DNA of 64,000 nt, taken from positions 33,826,965 through 33,890,964 of the forward strand of contig NC_068997.1 in assembly GCF_001194135.2 (NCBI RefSeq). The letters are read 5' to 3'. The DNA is from Octopus bimaculoides (lineage: Eukaryota). Positions 12,558-25,180 of this stretch are shown one piece after another. The number at the start of each line of letters is the position of its first letter. The stretch's first letter is position 1. The position numbers were made by a program, and so were the translations under genes. Below the pieces are notes generated by a model. The model had not been told where the DNA came from. It saw only the letters and a program-made list of their open reading frames with translations, and searched no databases.

Positions 12558-14225
12558 TATGTGTATGTGTGTGAAAGTATGTGTGTGTGTGTGTGTGTGC
12601 GTGTGCGTGTGTGCGCGAGTGTGTAGTATTGAGCAATAAACCTTGCAAATGATACTGTGTTTTTGTAGCACAGACTTTATTACATAAGTCGTCAAATATA
12701 CACATGTACAATATACTGAAGGTGGTGTTCCAGAAAGACTAGTTTAATAACAGAATGTAGTGAAAAAAAGAATGCACGTCCCAAGTGTTTTGGCTGTACA
12801 ACAGTGATATCCCATCACACTATGAAAGCAATAGTCTGTATTAGAAGTATTGAATGAACCGATAATACTACTTTGACGAAGTATAATTGACCACTATAGG
12901 TTGTGAGAGCAACTATAATATTGCAAAGCGTTTTGTTAGTTTCAAATTCTAAGTGCAATTCTACTATTCATGAAGGAAACAACAGGAAAGCAAACCTTGA
13001 AACCCGTGCGCAGTAACCCTTGGATTAGGGAACATGACTTCCCTTAATGCATATATATTATACGTTATAGATAATTATTTCCCATGATGAAAAGCAGCTT
13101 CTTCGAGGTTGCTTGGCCAACTTCAAATAGCAACCAAATCTTCTCGAAAAAACATCGACACAGATAATCTGATAGAAGATACGCACTACCCGAAAAAATG
13201 AAGAAATAGGCAAGAATGGAACGCCTTAATCCTAGGTCTGCTTAATCAGGCCTGATCAGTGATTAAATAACAAGTTAGACGATTGTCTTATCTGTTTACA
13301 ATGCTTAATCATACTTTGGTCCAATAGAGAACATACACACCAAGATATACCAAACAAAACTCGACGAGTTTTCCAGATTTAAAACATTAATCGGCAGTCT
13401 TCGATGATCAATTGCTGAAAGGAAAAACGTAATTCTTTAAGTTTGGGAAATATTGATTTAATGTAGTGTTTGACAGATTTTTTCAGTTGTGCAATTGGGG
13501 TAAAACTATTACCCATGAACTAGTAATTGGGTCTTAATATTTTCTGATTACATGGTATCTCTGAGATATTAACACTGTTAGGTGATATGATATACAACAA
13601 GCAGATAAAAAGTTAATGTAACAATATATGTTTATATGGTATAGCTCCCAAAGAGAAAATATCGCATAACGTATTTGGTAGAAATTATACAAAGAAAATG
13701 TCTCCAACAAAATTGTTATTAACAGTAATATTACTCGTTTTTCAAAAAGAAAAAAAAAACATGTTCAAAATGAAAGACCTTAGAAAAAAACTTTATCAAG
13801 GTAACACCATTTTCACTGTTTGATCTCAGGAGTGTATTATCCGGGTAAGATATCAATGAAATTTTACACCAAAAATTGATATCATTGAGATAGAAGAAAT
13901 TATATTAAGTCAGTATCACACGTAAAACTACTATCAAAATACTAACAACACCGATTTTTCGGCAACTCCTATTTCTTTTTTTGCTCATGATGGAAACGTT
14001 ATCATTGCCGTTGATATTATAGTTGCAAGAAAGGGGTAGATTGCCATGCAGTGTTTAGTTAAGTACCTCTACGTTCTGAGTTTGAATTCTGCCGATATCA
14101 ACTTTACCTTCCAAGGTTGATAAAATAGCAAGCAGTCAATACCGGTAGCAATACAATCTTCTCTATCTCCCCACCTCAATGTGCAATATTATATATATAT
14201 TAAATTATTATTATTAGACAAGTTA

Positions 14226-14440
14226 AGGCGGCGAGCTGGCAGAATCGTTAGTACACCGGGCAAAATGCTGAGCGGCATTTCGTCCATCTTTACGTTCTGA
14301 TTCTAAGTTCCACCGAGGTCGACTTTGCTTCTTATCCCTTTCGGGGTCAATAAAAATAAGTATCAGTTTAGCATTGAGGTTAATGTAATCGACTTATCCC
14401 TCCCCCGGAACTTCTGGCCTTGTGCCAAAATTTGAAACTA
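14226..14440 (+). mobile_element. SINE family A (tRNA-derived)
   Basis: Head aggcggcgagctggcagaatcgttag (A-box TGGCAGAATCG), B-box-like region, tail ggccttgtgccaaaatttgaaac. Confidence 0.85.
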
Positions 14441-15169
14441 GTATTAAATTAGTGCTAACTAGTATTAAAATAGGCTAATCCTGCAGTATTTGGACGAAGA
14501 AATACAAGGGCAAAAAGACATCGATAACGAAATTGACGTTATGGCCATAATTATTCCCGTGGCTTAATATAAGTAGGTGGTCAACAATGAGGTGACTCTT
14601 CGTGTATGTCCGTCCAAGTGTACAAAACGATTTAAGAATCGTGTCCTATAGTAAGATAAAAGCTTTACTACTTATCGCTCAGGAATCGAAATCGCAGGTG
14701 TAGTACGAGCGAAGTAAAAATCATTTAAAGGCCCTCTCGCCAGAAAAGCTGAGGTAACTAAAAGAAAATAAGCGACTGCAAAAGTAGGTCACGGGTGCTG
14801 CTGTTCCCAGGAATCTTCACTCAAGAATGTTTGTCAGTATATTTTTATATTACATGTTTATACCAGCACAATTGTCTCTCTATCCATCACGCATTGACTG
14901 ATATCTCATTATTCCTGGGAACTTCCTCAAGGAATATGATCCCTGTCTTTCTCGCAAAAATAACCTGTGTGCATATTTTTGTAGCTATTATCACTGATAA
15001 TACTACGTGAAAAAACATAGAAGAATATTTATCTGTGCACAACTGGCTTGCCAATCTGAAAATGGAGCTGTTAATCTTTTTTTTTTTAAATCTCACTATA
15101 CTATCTTGAAAAGACGGCAAATATTGTTTAATGTAGTATTAGATACTGTCGTCATCGTCGATCATCCTC

Positions 15170-15480
15170 ACCATCGTTTTACGTCAGTTTACCCTTGCTT
15201 GCTTGTGGTGGATGGTTTTTCTCCAGTAGCTCACCAATTGTTGCAGTTCTTTATCATTTCCTTTGCGGGTTTCCACCGCTTGAAATCATATTTCGCCCTC
15301 AAGTCCCATGTTTTCTTAGGTCTTCCTGCTATGTTTGCCTTTACCCTACTATCATCATTCGTATAGAGTTTAAGAGATGTTGATTGCTTTGTCATCAGTT
15401 TTAAGAGCCAATCAAGAAGTCGAGAAATCCTTATCCAAGTCATAGACAGCAGAGTTATCCCACCCATCCATCATCTTGTA
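15170..15480 (-). mobile_element. RTE-clade LINE 3' end
   Basis: GRPKKTWDLRAKYDFKRWKPAKEMIKNCNNW resembles the RTE C-terminal GRPxKTW...DR.xW motif. Confidence 0.6.
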
Positions 15481-15578
15481 ACAATGAAGAGGATATGGAA
15501 AACGAGAAAGAAGAGAACAAAAAAGGAAAAAGATCCCCCAAAAAGCAAACAAGTCTCTGAAGAAAAAAGCCATCTCTC

Positions 15579-15630
<52 letters not shown>

Positions 15631-15631
<1 letters not shown>

Positions 15632-16050
15632 GAATCAAAGCTCAGGTTAGGTCTTATTCCCGGTAGGATTTTTGTGGGTAGCGGGCTACTACCTGTAACC
15701 TTAGGTATCCACACATATTCGGTTGTCTTTCAAGTGCTTAGAACCCTCTTAATAACCCTTGTTGTCCCTAAAAGGCCAACTTTTGTAGGAGCTCTAATGG
15801 GCATTTTATTTCAGTCTCCTTCAGCCATTTGTCTATATCTTGGCTTACTGTTCCCAACGCACCAATTATCATAGACACGACCTTTACTGTTCGCATGCTC
15901 CAAGTTCTTCCTTATTATTGCGAGTTTCTTTAACAGAGCTGCAGTTCTGGGTAAAACAGAGACTGAAGTGAAGGATTTGGAAAAGTGGAATGTCTTCAAG
16001 CGCTCACAGCTCTCAGCCAATCAGACAGTGCAACAGGTGGAACGTCCACT
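15631..16050 (-). mobile_element. R4/Dong-like retrotransposon 3' fragment with (TAA)n tail
   Basis: C-terminal KVGLLGTTRVIKRVLST motif; the 3' UTR runs into the 15578-15630 array. Confidence 0.7.
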
Positions 16051-16060
16051 TTAGCTTTGC

Positions 16061-16170
16061 TTCTTCTTCTTCTTCTTCTTCTTCTTCTTCTTCTTCTTCT
16101 TCTTCTTCTTCTTCTTCTTCTTCTTCTTCTTCTTCTTCTTCTTCTTCTTCTTCTTCTTCTTCTTCTTCTC
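16061..16170. repeat. (CTT)n microsatellite
   Basis: Pure tract. Confidence 0.98.
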
Positions 16171-19100
16171 ATTATTCAGTAGTCTTATTTTCATCACGTG
16201 CTTTCACTGCACTACTGAGCGCAGGTCTGTGTGCCTTGGGTATGCGCTGTGATGTGTTGTGATGCTCTTATTTTCCCTGTATTTAAAGTGTTTTACGTAG
16301 GATGTGTGCGGTGCCTAGTGGTGCTATTTTCTGTATACTATATATACTTGTAAGCCCTGGTGTTTTTGTTATGTATTTGTCTGAATGTTTTATTTTATCA
16401 TACTTAACGCGCCTACTATGATAAGAATTGTTTCTGTTTTTAGGCTCCACATTCGAGTTGCTTCTATTTCCAGATCTTTCTATTTTTGAAGTTTCTATTT
16501 TCTTTTAGAGAAAAATTGTCATCTGTTGGTATTGCCACATCGATTAGAAAGCATTTTTTTCTTTGTGATCTCTGACAACTATATCGGGCCTTAATTTCTC
16601 TATCTGTGTGTATTGGCATATCCCAGAGTAAGATTGCTTTCTCATTTTCTGCGACCTTTTCTGGGGTGTGCCTATACCATCTTTTTTCTGTTGTTATTCC
16701 AAAGTGTTGGCATAGCTTCCAGTGTATATAGGTCCCAACTCTGTCGTGTCTGTGAATATATTCCTTCTTAGCCAGGACTGGGCAGCCAGAGACAATATGA
16801 TTTATTGTTTCTTCTCCTTCACCACATATTCTATAGTTACTTGTACTTCTTTTCATTACGTCTTTGTGCTGATTTCTGGTGGGAAGGCTTTGATCTTGTG
16901 ATGCATTTAAAAATCCTTCAGTCTCCTTAGCTTCTCAGCCATTGTTGGGATTTTGCTTTGTCTATTTCTTTTTTGTTTAGCTTAACCCGATATTTGTTAT
17001 ATAGGGGCTTGTTTTGCCATCGTTTTATCATGATACGTTGCTGTTCCAGTTTTAGTTTGGATTTTATTTGTTTTATAGCTTTCGTTGTTTCTTCTTTTTC
17101 TTCATAGTTGTTAGATACTATGACTTCTTTTCTGTATTTGTAAGCTTCCTAAAGACAGAAAACAGTTTTTGTTTTTTTCATGTTTCGTGGCTATTTGTAT
17201 TAGTTTTACTTGCTTCTGAAGTAGGTATTTCTGCTGTCCTATGGTGATTATTTTATAATAGTTTTCTAGCTGTATACTTTCGATACGTTGTATATATAGC
17301 CTTTCTATGTAAGATTTTGGGTGGTGCTTCCTAATCCTGTCATTATTTTTCTTGTTTTCCTGTCTATTTTGATAAGCTCATTTAGAGTCCAGTTAAGAAT
17401 ATTGTAGCTGTAACTTATAATTGGGACGGCTAGAGTGATGATACCTGTTATCTTGTTTTTCGCATTGAGCTGTTTTCAGCATTAATCTAACTCGTTTATG
17501 GTATTCCATTTTTATCTTCTCTTTCATTTGTGTGTGTTGTATCGTATCTAGTTCATTGATTCCTAAGTATTTGTATTTCTGGTTTTGGTCTAATTCTCTT
17601 ATTCCATTTGCTTTATCTGGAGTGATGTTATTACTCTTAATTAGTTTTCGTCTTTTCAAGGTTGCTTTGGTACATTTTGGCACATTTTTCTAAGCCGAAT
17701 TACATGATAATTTCTTTNNNNNNNNNNAGAGTCCAGTTAAGAATATTGTAGCTGTAACTTATAATTGGGACGGCTAGAGTGATGATACCTGTTATCTTGT
17801 TTTTCGCATTGAGCTGTTTTCAGCATTAATCTAACTCGTTTATGGTATTCCATTTTTATCTTCTCTTTCATTTGTGTGTGTTGTATCGTATCTAGTTCAT
17901 TGNNNNNNNNNNAAATATCCATGTACTGTCTGTAGTAATGTTTCCGGCTGTTTATCATTTGTAGCATACATATTAGATCATCCATATACGAGAGATGGGT
18001 GATTGTTATACCGTAACAGTTGTATCCACATTCAGTTCTGTTTAGCATGTTAGATAAAGGTATCAGTGCCAAGCAGAAAAGAAGTGGAGAAAGCGTATCT
18101 CCCTAGGATAGTCCTCTTCTAATGGGGATAGCTTTGGTTTTTATGAGCCCCTCTTTTGTCTGGAGCTGTAGCACTGTCTGCCATTTATTCATGGAATGTT
18201 TTATATTTTTTTGATTATTGGTGCTACCTTGTTTATGGCTAGTGTTTCTAGGATCCATGTGTGGGGAACACTATAAAAAGCCTTTCGATAATCGATCCAA
18301 GCTATACTTAGACCTTTCTTCTTTTGCGGCTGTCTTCAGTTATGACTTTATTGATCAGTAGCTGATCTTTACAACCGTATGAGCCATAACAGCATCTCTT
18401 CTGCTCTTCTGGAAACAAGTTGTTTTTTTCCAGATGTTTGTCCATTCTCTGTGATATTATTGCAGTAAAGTCTTTGTAAATTGTAGTGAGACAAGTTATC
18501 GGTCTGTAATTTTGTGGGTTTGCCATTTTAGTGGATTTGGGAATTAGGATAATTTTCCCTTCCGTGAGACATTCAGGCATTGTCTCTGGCTCTGCTAGTA
18601 TTTCATTAAATTTCTCAGCTAACGTTTTATGTATTCCTGTTAGATATTTTAACCAGAAGTTGGAGATCTTGTCGTGCCCGGGTGCCTTCCAGTTGCCTAG
18701 TTTTTACAGTGCTTGGGTGACCTCTTCAGTTGTTATAGGAGTCCAGAGTTGTTCTGGTGCTGTGTTTGTTGTTTTGATAGATCTTTTCTGAGGTTGTTCC
18801 TTCGCCGACCATATTTCTTTCCAAAATTCTTCCATCTATTCTAGTAGAATCTTTTGGGGTTGGAGCTGAACTGTTTCTTATACCGGCGGATTCTTTGTGC
18901 TTTGGTGAGGATATCGTGCTTTAGCTATTCTTTTACCTCAGTTATTCCTTGTTCTGCAATTTTGCATTTACGTAGTATTATTCTTATCTTCTTGTTGCTT
19001 AGTAGTGTTGATTGTCTACTAGTTTCGTTAAGGATTGACAAATCCTTTCTCATATTTTCTATTTTTTCTGGATATTATTTATCCATAGGGTTTGTCTGGG

Positions 19101-20150
19101 TGGTGATACTCCTGTTTGATATGTTTTAGGGGTTATCTAATTTCTTTTGTTGCCAAAGAGGCTGCTGCATGTATTATATGATTTAGCCCGGTGATATTGG
19201 CATTTGTTTCTGTGGTTATTAGTTCTGTGACGGCCAAGTACATGCTATGTTGTTTTATTATCAATCACAATTTTTGGGAGGTACAATCGATGTTCCACAC
19301 GGAGATCTGTGGCTTTCAATTCTCTGATTATATTCATTTTTAGAGTATCATAATCATTAGTTCCACCTTCACTGTTTCCAGGTTTTACATTTGTTTCGTA
19401 TTCCGTCCTGTTCATATTTTTGTCTGTAGTGTTCTGGTTTGGTGCATTTTACTCATAATTATACATTCCTACGGTCTGGGTTTGTCTTTCGTTGTTTACT
19501 TCGTATTTGTTGGACATGTAACGGCTGTCTTCGTATTTTACGGTCCCGGTGCTTCTGATGTTATTTGGCATTGCTGTGTCGTTACTATCTATTTTTTTCT
19601 AATGTATTTTCCCTTTTAAGTATTCTATTTCTAATATCCTTTTTGTTTTGAGAACATATCTCCGTATGTTAGTTCATTTATTAGGGTTCATTGCTATTTC
19701 CAAATCTTTATCTAGGTTATTTTTCTTCCAGATTTTATACGTATATGTTGTTGTGCTTTTGCTCTGTGGGTAGAGCACTGCTGTAAAATAAACATGTAGG
19801 ATTGAAATATATTCCTCACGTGTCCATTTATGCTTTTTTTAATTTGCGGATCATGAAGTATAACGCCGGGCCCTTTATTTTGATTATCATCATTTTCGTA
19901 AGGTACCGGTCCGTTCATTTCTGGTGTTAAATTGTTTTGCTCGTGTAGTTTTTCGTTCTTTTTGTGTAATAAGTTTAAAGTACGTACCTCCTGTTTATTC
20001 TCCTTGGTTTGAATAATACGGATATTATTTGATTTATTTTTCATTTTTTTGTGTATGATGGTTGGGGACGGAGACGGTCTGATGTTGATTGGACCATAAT
20101 GTGGCGAGTGTGTTTGCACGTATTGTGCGAGTGATGGAGATGATACACAG
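16171..20150 (-). mobile_element. Near full-length degenerate R4/Dong-clade non-LTR retrotransposon (RT + CCHC + RLE)
   Basis: GKIILIPK...NYRPITCL...EEQKRC (18308-18580); HLSYMDDL (RT motif C, ~17970); CRICG..ETINHIVSGC..RHDRVG..LLWDMPIHTD..FLIDVAIP (16464-16856); N-terminal LNHIIHAAASLA. The 5' end is approximate. Confidence 0.88.
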
Positions 20151-20159
20151 TTAAAATAC

Positions 20160-20587
20160 ATAATTTAATTTGGAAAATAGAAATAAATTTTAATGAGTAT
20201 TACTCACTCGGATACAGTGCAACACTTTTAAGGAGTATTACTTACTCGGATATAGTCCAACACTTTGCCAGTTATTTTAGGCTCCATTTGTTGTTTTTAT
20301 TTCCGATGTTTTTGGATAGATTTCGGAGCAGTGTTTTATCGCTCTCACATATTAAACGTTCCCGGTGTCCTCCTCCTGTCGATTCTAATTTCTCCGATAC
20401 ATTTCTCGAACTTGGTAGTTAATGCTCCGAGGGCCGCTGCAACGACAGGGATGACGTTAACTCTTTTCATTACCCACATTCTTGCAATTTCATCTTTTAG
20501 TAACTTGTATTTTTTCACCTTTTCCAGCTCTTTGTCACCTATGCGTGCATATCTAGTTATGGCAAAATATATGATCTTAGTTCGATA
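20160..20587 (-). mobile_element. R4/Dong-like 3' fragment (different family)
   Basis: DKELEKVKKYKLLKDEIARMWVMKRVNVIPVVAAALGAL; 38-bp tandem duplication in the 3' UTR (20195-20228, 20233-20266). Confidence 0.75.
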
Positions 20588-20814
20588 GGCGGCGAGGCAG
20601 CAGAATCGTTAACACGCCGGACAAAATGCATAGCGGCATTTCGTCCGTTTTTACGTTCTGAGTTCAAATTCTGCTGAGATTCACTTTGCCTTTCATCCTT
20701 TTGGAGTCGATAAAATAACTACCAGTCACGTACTGAGGTTGATGTAATCGACTGGCCCTCCACCCACAAAGAAGTTCAGGCCGTGTGCCTATAGTAGAGA
20801 GTATTATTATTATT
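20588..20814 (+). mobile_element. SINE family A
   Basis: Same head and GAGTTCAAATTC B-box; TTA tail. Confidence 0.85.
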
Positions 20815-20815
20815 A

Positions 20816-20935
20816 GGCTGGAGGGTATATCAGCCGAAACGTTGTGTTAACAACAAACAAGATGAGGACAAATATCCGTCAAATGTAAATAATGTAAATA
20901 ATGTACATAATTCCTCATCTGTTAAATATAGAAAT
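20816..20935 (+). mobile_element. Penelope-like terminal-repeat remnant with partial hammerhead motif
   Basis: GGCTG-gagggtatat-CAGCC-GAAAC (helix II plus GAAA); CTGATGA missing. Confidence 0.45.
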
Positions 20936-21309
20936 GGATGATAATGTAGTCTATGAGCACTCACTACTAAGATTTCAAGCCTTGTGCTTATAGTAGAAAA
21001 GATTATTATTATTATTATTATTGTTATTTACTTTTGATCTGCATATTTGTTACAATCACTTGTCAAGACACACCCAGCGTCCTAGGGTGAGTGAAGGATA
21101 AGAGATGTTACAATATGACTTCAATGACTGGATCAAGATGATGTCCGTACCAGTAAGCAGGAGTGCCTATTTTGTAGTGTTTACATATTTTCTAATGTGA
21201 ATACTGTCCTACCCTATTGTGGCAATTTTTTTGTATTCATTTGGTGTCAGTACCGGACATCCCGAAACGAGACGGTCTATTGTTTCGCCAAATATGTCGC
21301 AAAATCTGC

Positions 21310-21378
<69 letters not shown>

Positions 21379-21379
<1 letters not shown>

Positions 21380-22370
21380 GGAAAGCCCACAGCTTATTTT
21401 GCTGGAAAGTGTCAGCTATCCACTGCCAGCACACTAAGGTAACACCTGTTTACTGGTCATGCTTCAAGAACCCTGCGAGAGATTCTTGCAGTTCCATGCA
21501 ATGCTAATTATTGTAGGTGTTCTACCTTTACACTTGCACCAATCTTTTTAGTCATGCTGGTAGTTGAGTGCTGACACTTCCAAGTGCACCAATTACTATT
21601 GGTACCACGTCTACTCTCTTCATTGACCACAACCTTCGTATTTCCCACTTCAAATCATCATAGCTGTTTATTTTTCCTTCTTCTTTCACATTGACCGGGA
21701 CATGCTATGATGATTATCATACATGATCTTTCTTTTTTATTCCCCACAACAATGCTCGACTTCCGATGTCCGGTCGGATGATCGCACTGGATCAGTGCAT
21801 TCCACAGGATATTGCAATTGTCATTCTCGGTGACTCCTTCTGGAGTTTTCTCATTATACCACGTCTTTGCTGTTTGTAGGCCGTGGTTTCCATCGAGCTC
21901 CCAATGGATCATTCTTGTCATGGCGTCTTTTGTATTTGCGTGTGCCAATTTCGGGCATTCGCTGACGGTGTGTCATACCGTTTCACACCTCTCACCATAA
22001 TTTCTGCATTTGTCGCTATCAGTAGTGTTGTCTATTCTGCACTTTATATAGTTGGTCCTTAGCGCTTGTTCCTGAACTGTGCATATGAGTGCTTCTATCT
22101 CTATCTTCAAGTCATTCCTCCTCATCCATAGCCACCGGTCCTCTGTATCTGCCTTGGCGTTCACATCTCTTGCAAACTGACCGTACATTTTCTTTTCATT
22201 CCATGCTTTTTCTTTTTTTTTGTTCATTTCTTGTTTAAATTTTTCTTTAGTTACACAATTTTCACTTTTTTAAATGACGACAGCCTTCTTCGTGTGCTTC
22301 AACAGTGGCTCCACGGTATTTTTTATATATCACCCTAAGCTGTTTCCTCTATTTCGATACAGTCTAGGCA
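21379..22370 (-). mobile_element. 5'-truncated R4/Dong-like element with (TAA)n tail
   Basis: KKMYGQFARD...DLKIEIEALICTVQEQALRTNY...KCR; IHWELDG..WYNEKTPEGVTENDNCNILWN; tail array 21312-21378. Confidence 0.8.
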
Positions 22371-22372
22371 AT

Positions 22373-22563
<191 letters not shown>

Positions 22564-22576
22564 TATTATTATAATT

Positions 22577-22674
22577 AAGGTTGCAAGCTGTCAGAAGCGT
22601 TAGCTCACTGCAAAAAGTATTTAGCGGCATTTCTTCCGGCTTTACGCTCTGAGTTCTAATGTTGCCGAGGTCGA
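22577..22674 (+). mobile_element. SINE family A, 5' part
   Basis: Diverged head and gaggtcga. Confidence 0.6.
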
Positions 22675-22885
22675 TAGGGGGGGGGAGTGTAGAGACAATG
22701 GTTTGAGTAGATTTGCAAACTCTCAGACTACACTAGAATAGGTTAGAGAATAAAATGCAATTGGCAGCGGGTCTTTGACTGAAGGATAATCCGCGGGATT
22801 TTTGGCAGATTCTCGTTTTGATCACTGTCGCCGCCGCCGTTCTTCTTCTTCTTCTTCTTCTTCTTCTTCTTCTTCTTCTTCTTCT

Positions 22886-23479
22886 TGAGTGAGAGAGCAG
22901 TGCATGCCATCAAAGTGACACTGAGGTACAAATATACGAAGCCCAGTATACTCATCATGACTATCAGTCTGACAATTTGAGAATTTTCCAGAGGGATGCG
23001 TGGACAAACGTGCCGAATGCTGCGTTGAGGTCGACGACGGCGATGTGGAGGTGGCGATCTTTGCAGAACATAAGGGCACATGCATCACAACCATACGTGC
23101 GCGACATGGTGATCTCGTATCAAGTTAGACAGCGCTTGACCTTGCAGGTGGGGGCCCAGTTAGAATTTTCTTCAGGTCCGCTCAAAAGGTCCCTATATAG
23201 GAGTCGTTTAAGGATGTTGAACGAAACCCCCATGTTCCCAGACATGAATTGTTCAAACCCCAAAGAATTCCTGTTGACACATGGTTATAATATTTTCGCA
23301 CTACTTCGGATCGTGATCAGAGGTGCACATATCGTTAGCCACTAAGGGACATGCTCAACTGGTTATGGTCAAACAACTGACTAGCAAATCTGTGGTATTG
23401 AGTAGAATATTTGTTGTAGTATTTTTATATCAAGACAAAATATGTACATGATGACACTTTCAATCAGTTAGGATCAGAA

Positions 23480-23482
<3 letters not shown>
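22886..23482 (-). repeat. Interspersed repeat family D with (GAA)n tail
   Basis: 23140-23480 is the diverged reverse complement of 31865-32220; ends in the (CTT)n array 22840-22886. Confidence 0.75.
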
Positions 23483-23542
<60 letters not shown>

Positions 23543-23543
23543 G

Positions 23544-23752
23544 AGGCGGCGAGCTAGCAGAGTTGTTTGCATACCGAGAAAAATGCTTGGCGGCATTTCG
23601 TTTGTCTCAGTTCAAATTCCGCCGAGGTCCACTATGATTTCATCCTTTCGGGTTCGATAGAGTAAGTAGCAATTGAATACTGGGGTCCATATAATCGATT
23701 AGCCCTCTCCCTCGAAATTGCTGGCCTTGTGTCAAAATGTGTAATCATTATT
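23544..23752 (+). mobile_element. SINE family A within a (TTA)n array
   Basis: Head follows (TTA)n 23482-23542; tail tgtgtcaaaatgtgtaatcattattatt. Confidence 0.82.
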
Positions 23753-24054
23753 ATTATCATTTAAGGTGGTGAAAGGACAGTGTCTCTCAGTAGCTAGAAA
23801 GTTGGGCAGAACACCTGGTACTAATTCTTTCGTTACCTTCCCTCTGAGCTCAAATATCGCTCAAGTCAACTTTGTCTTTTGTCCTTTAGAGTCCGATAAA
23901 ACAGCAGCAACCCAAAGAGATAGGTTAAAAGAACTGTATGTGTATAGGTATATATATATTATTGCGATGTAGGTGTATAAAGTTTGAATTTGGATTCGTC
24001 CTTTAATTGGAGGTTTCCCCAAAAGATTTCTAATGTTGATTCTTCATATTTACG

Positions 24055-24190
<136 letters not shown>

Positions 24191-24364
24191 TGTATGTGTT
24201 TATATATATATATATATAAGATCCAAGGATCGAGGCGTATGAAAACGTTAGCTTCAAGCAATCCGTAGTAAATACAAAAAACAACTTTCAAAGTCGGTTT
24301 ATTGAGACGGAACGTTGTAGATGTTTTTCGTATCGAAGTACGATAAACTGAAAAAAAGTTCCTT

Positions 24365-24617
24365 TTTATATTTCACGGTAGGCGATCAGGTACAAGACCC
24401 GAAATTTATTGACGACCCCGAAAGGATGAAAGACAAAGTCAACCTCGGCGTAAGTCGACTACATCGATCCCAGTGCGTAACTGGTACTTAATTCATCGAC
24501 CCCGAAAGGATGAAAGGCAGAATCGAGTCCGGCGGCATTTGAACTCAGAACATGAAGATAAACGAAATACCGCTAAGCATTTTGCCTGCGTGCTAACGAT
24601 TCTGCCAGCTCGCCGCC

Positions 24618-24619
<2 letters not shown>
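24365..24619 (-). mobile_element. SINE family A (with internal duplication)
   Basis: Well-preserved head; the gaccccgaaaggatgaaag block occurs twice. Confidence 0.85.
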
Positions 24620-24700
<81 letters not shown>

Positions 24701-25166
24701 CCTCTCGGCAAAAGAATTTGATAAGCTCAGAAAATATGAAGATTTGCTGATTGAAAACGAAAAAAAATGTGGCTTCTTAAGAAGGTTAAAATGCCAGTGA
24801 TTGTAGGAACACTTGGATTGATCAAAAAAGTAACTGAAAATTATTTGAGGATGATCCCTGGTTTACCCTTCATGCAGGAAATGCAAAAGAATGTCTTAAC
24901 TGGTACGTCATACGTATTGAGAAGAGCACTGTCGCTGCAAATTTTCTTTCATTTCCCCTTTATTTTCTTTGTTTTCTGTTTTCATTTTTCCTTCTTTTCC
25001 TTTTCTTTCCGTCTTTCCTCCCCCATTTTTTCTATCACATGACTTTGTAAATGAGCAATCTGGTGTGTTTATTTTAATGGCCTACTAATGTGTACAGTGA
25101 GTTTCTTTGCCTCAGGTGTCGGGAAGACATTCGGCAAGAAATGGAAACAAAATTGAAAAAAAGAAA
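24701..25166 (+). mobile_element. R4/Dong-like 3' fragment between (TAA)n arrays
   Basis: KMPVIVGTLGLIKK...QKNVLTGTSYVLRRALSL; arrays at 24620-24700 and 25166-25180. Confidence 0.75.
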
Positions 25167-25180
25167 ATAATAATAATAAT

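Noticed and set aside
14573-14582. Gli-like site TAGGTGGTC
   Set aside because: Single 8/9 match, expected by chance in 64 kb; another lies inside a mariner
17385-17902. ~175-bp exact duplication inside the Dong element (17385-17562 vs 17728-17902)
   Set aside because: The second copy is bracketed by two short N gaps; most likely a scaffolding artefact
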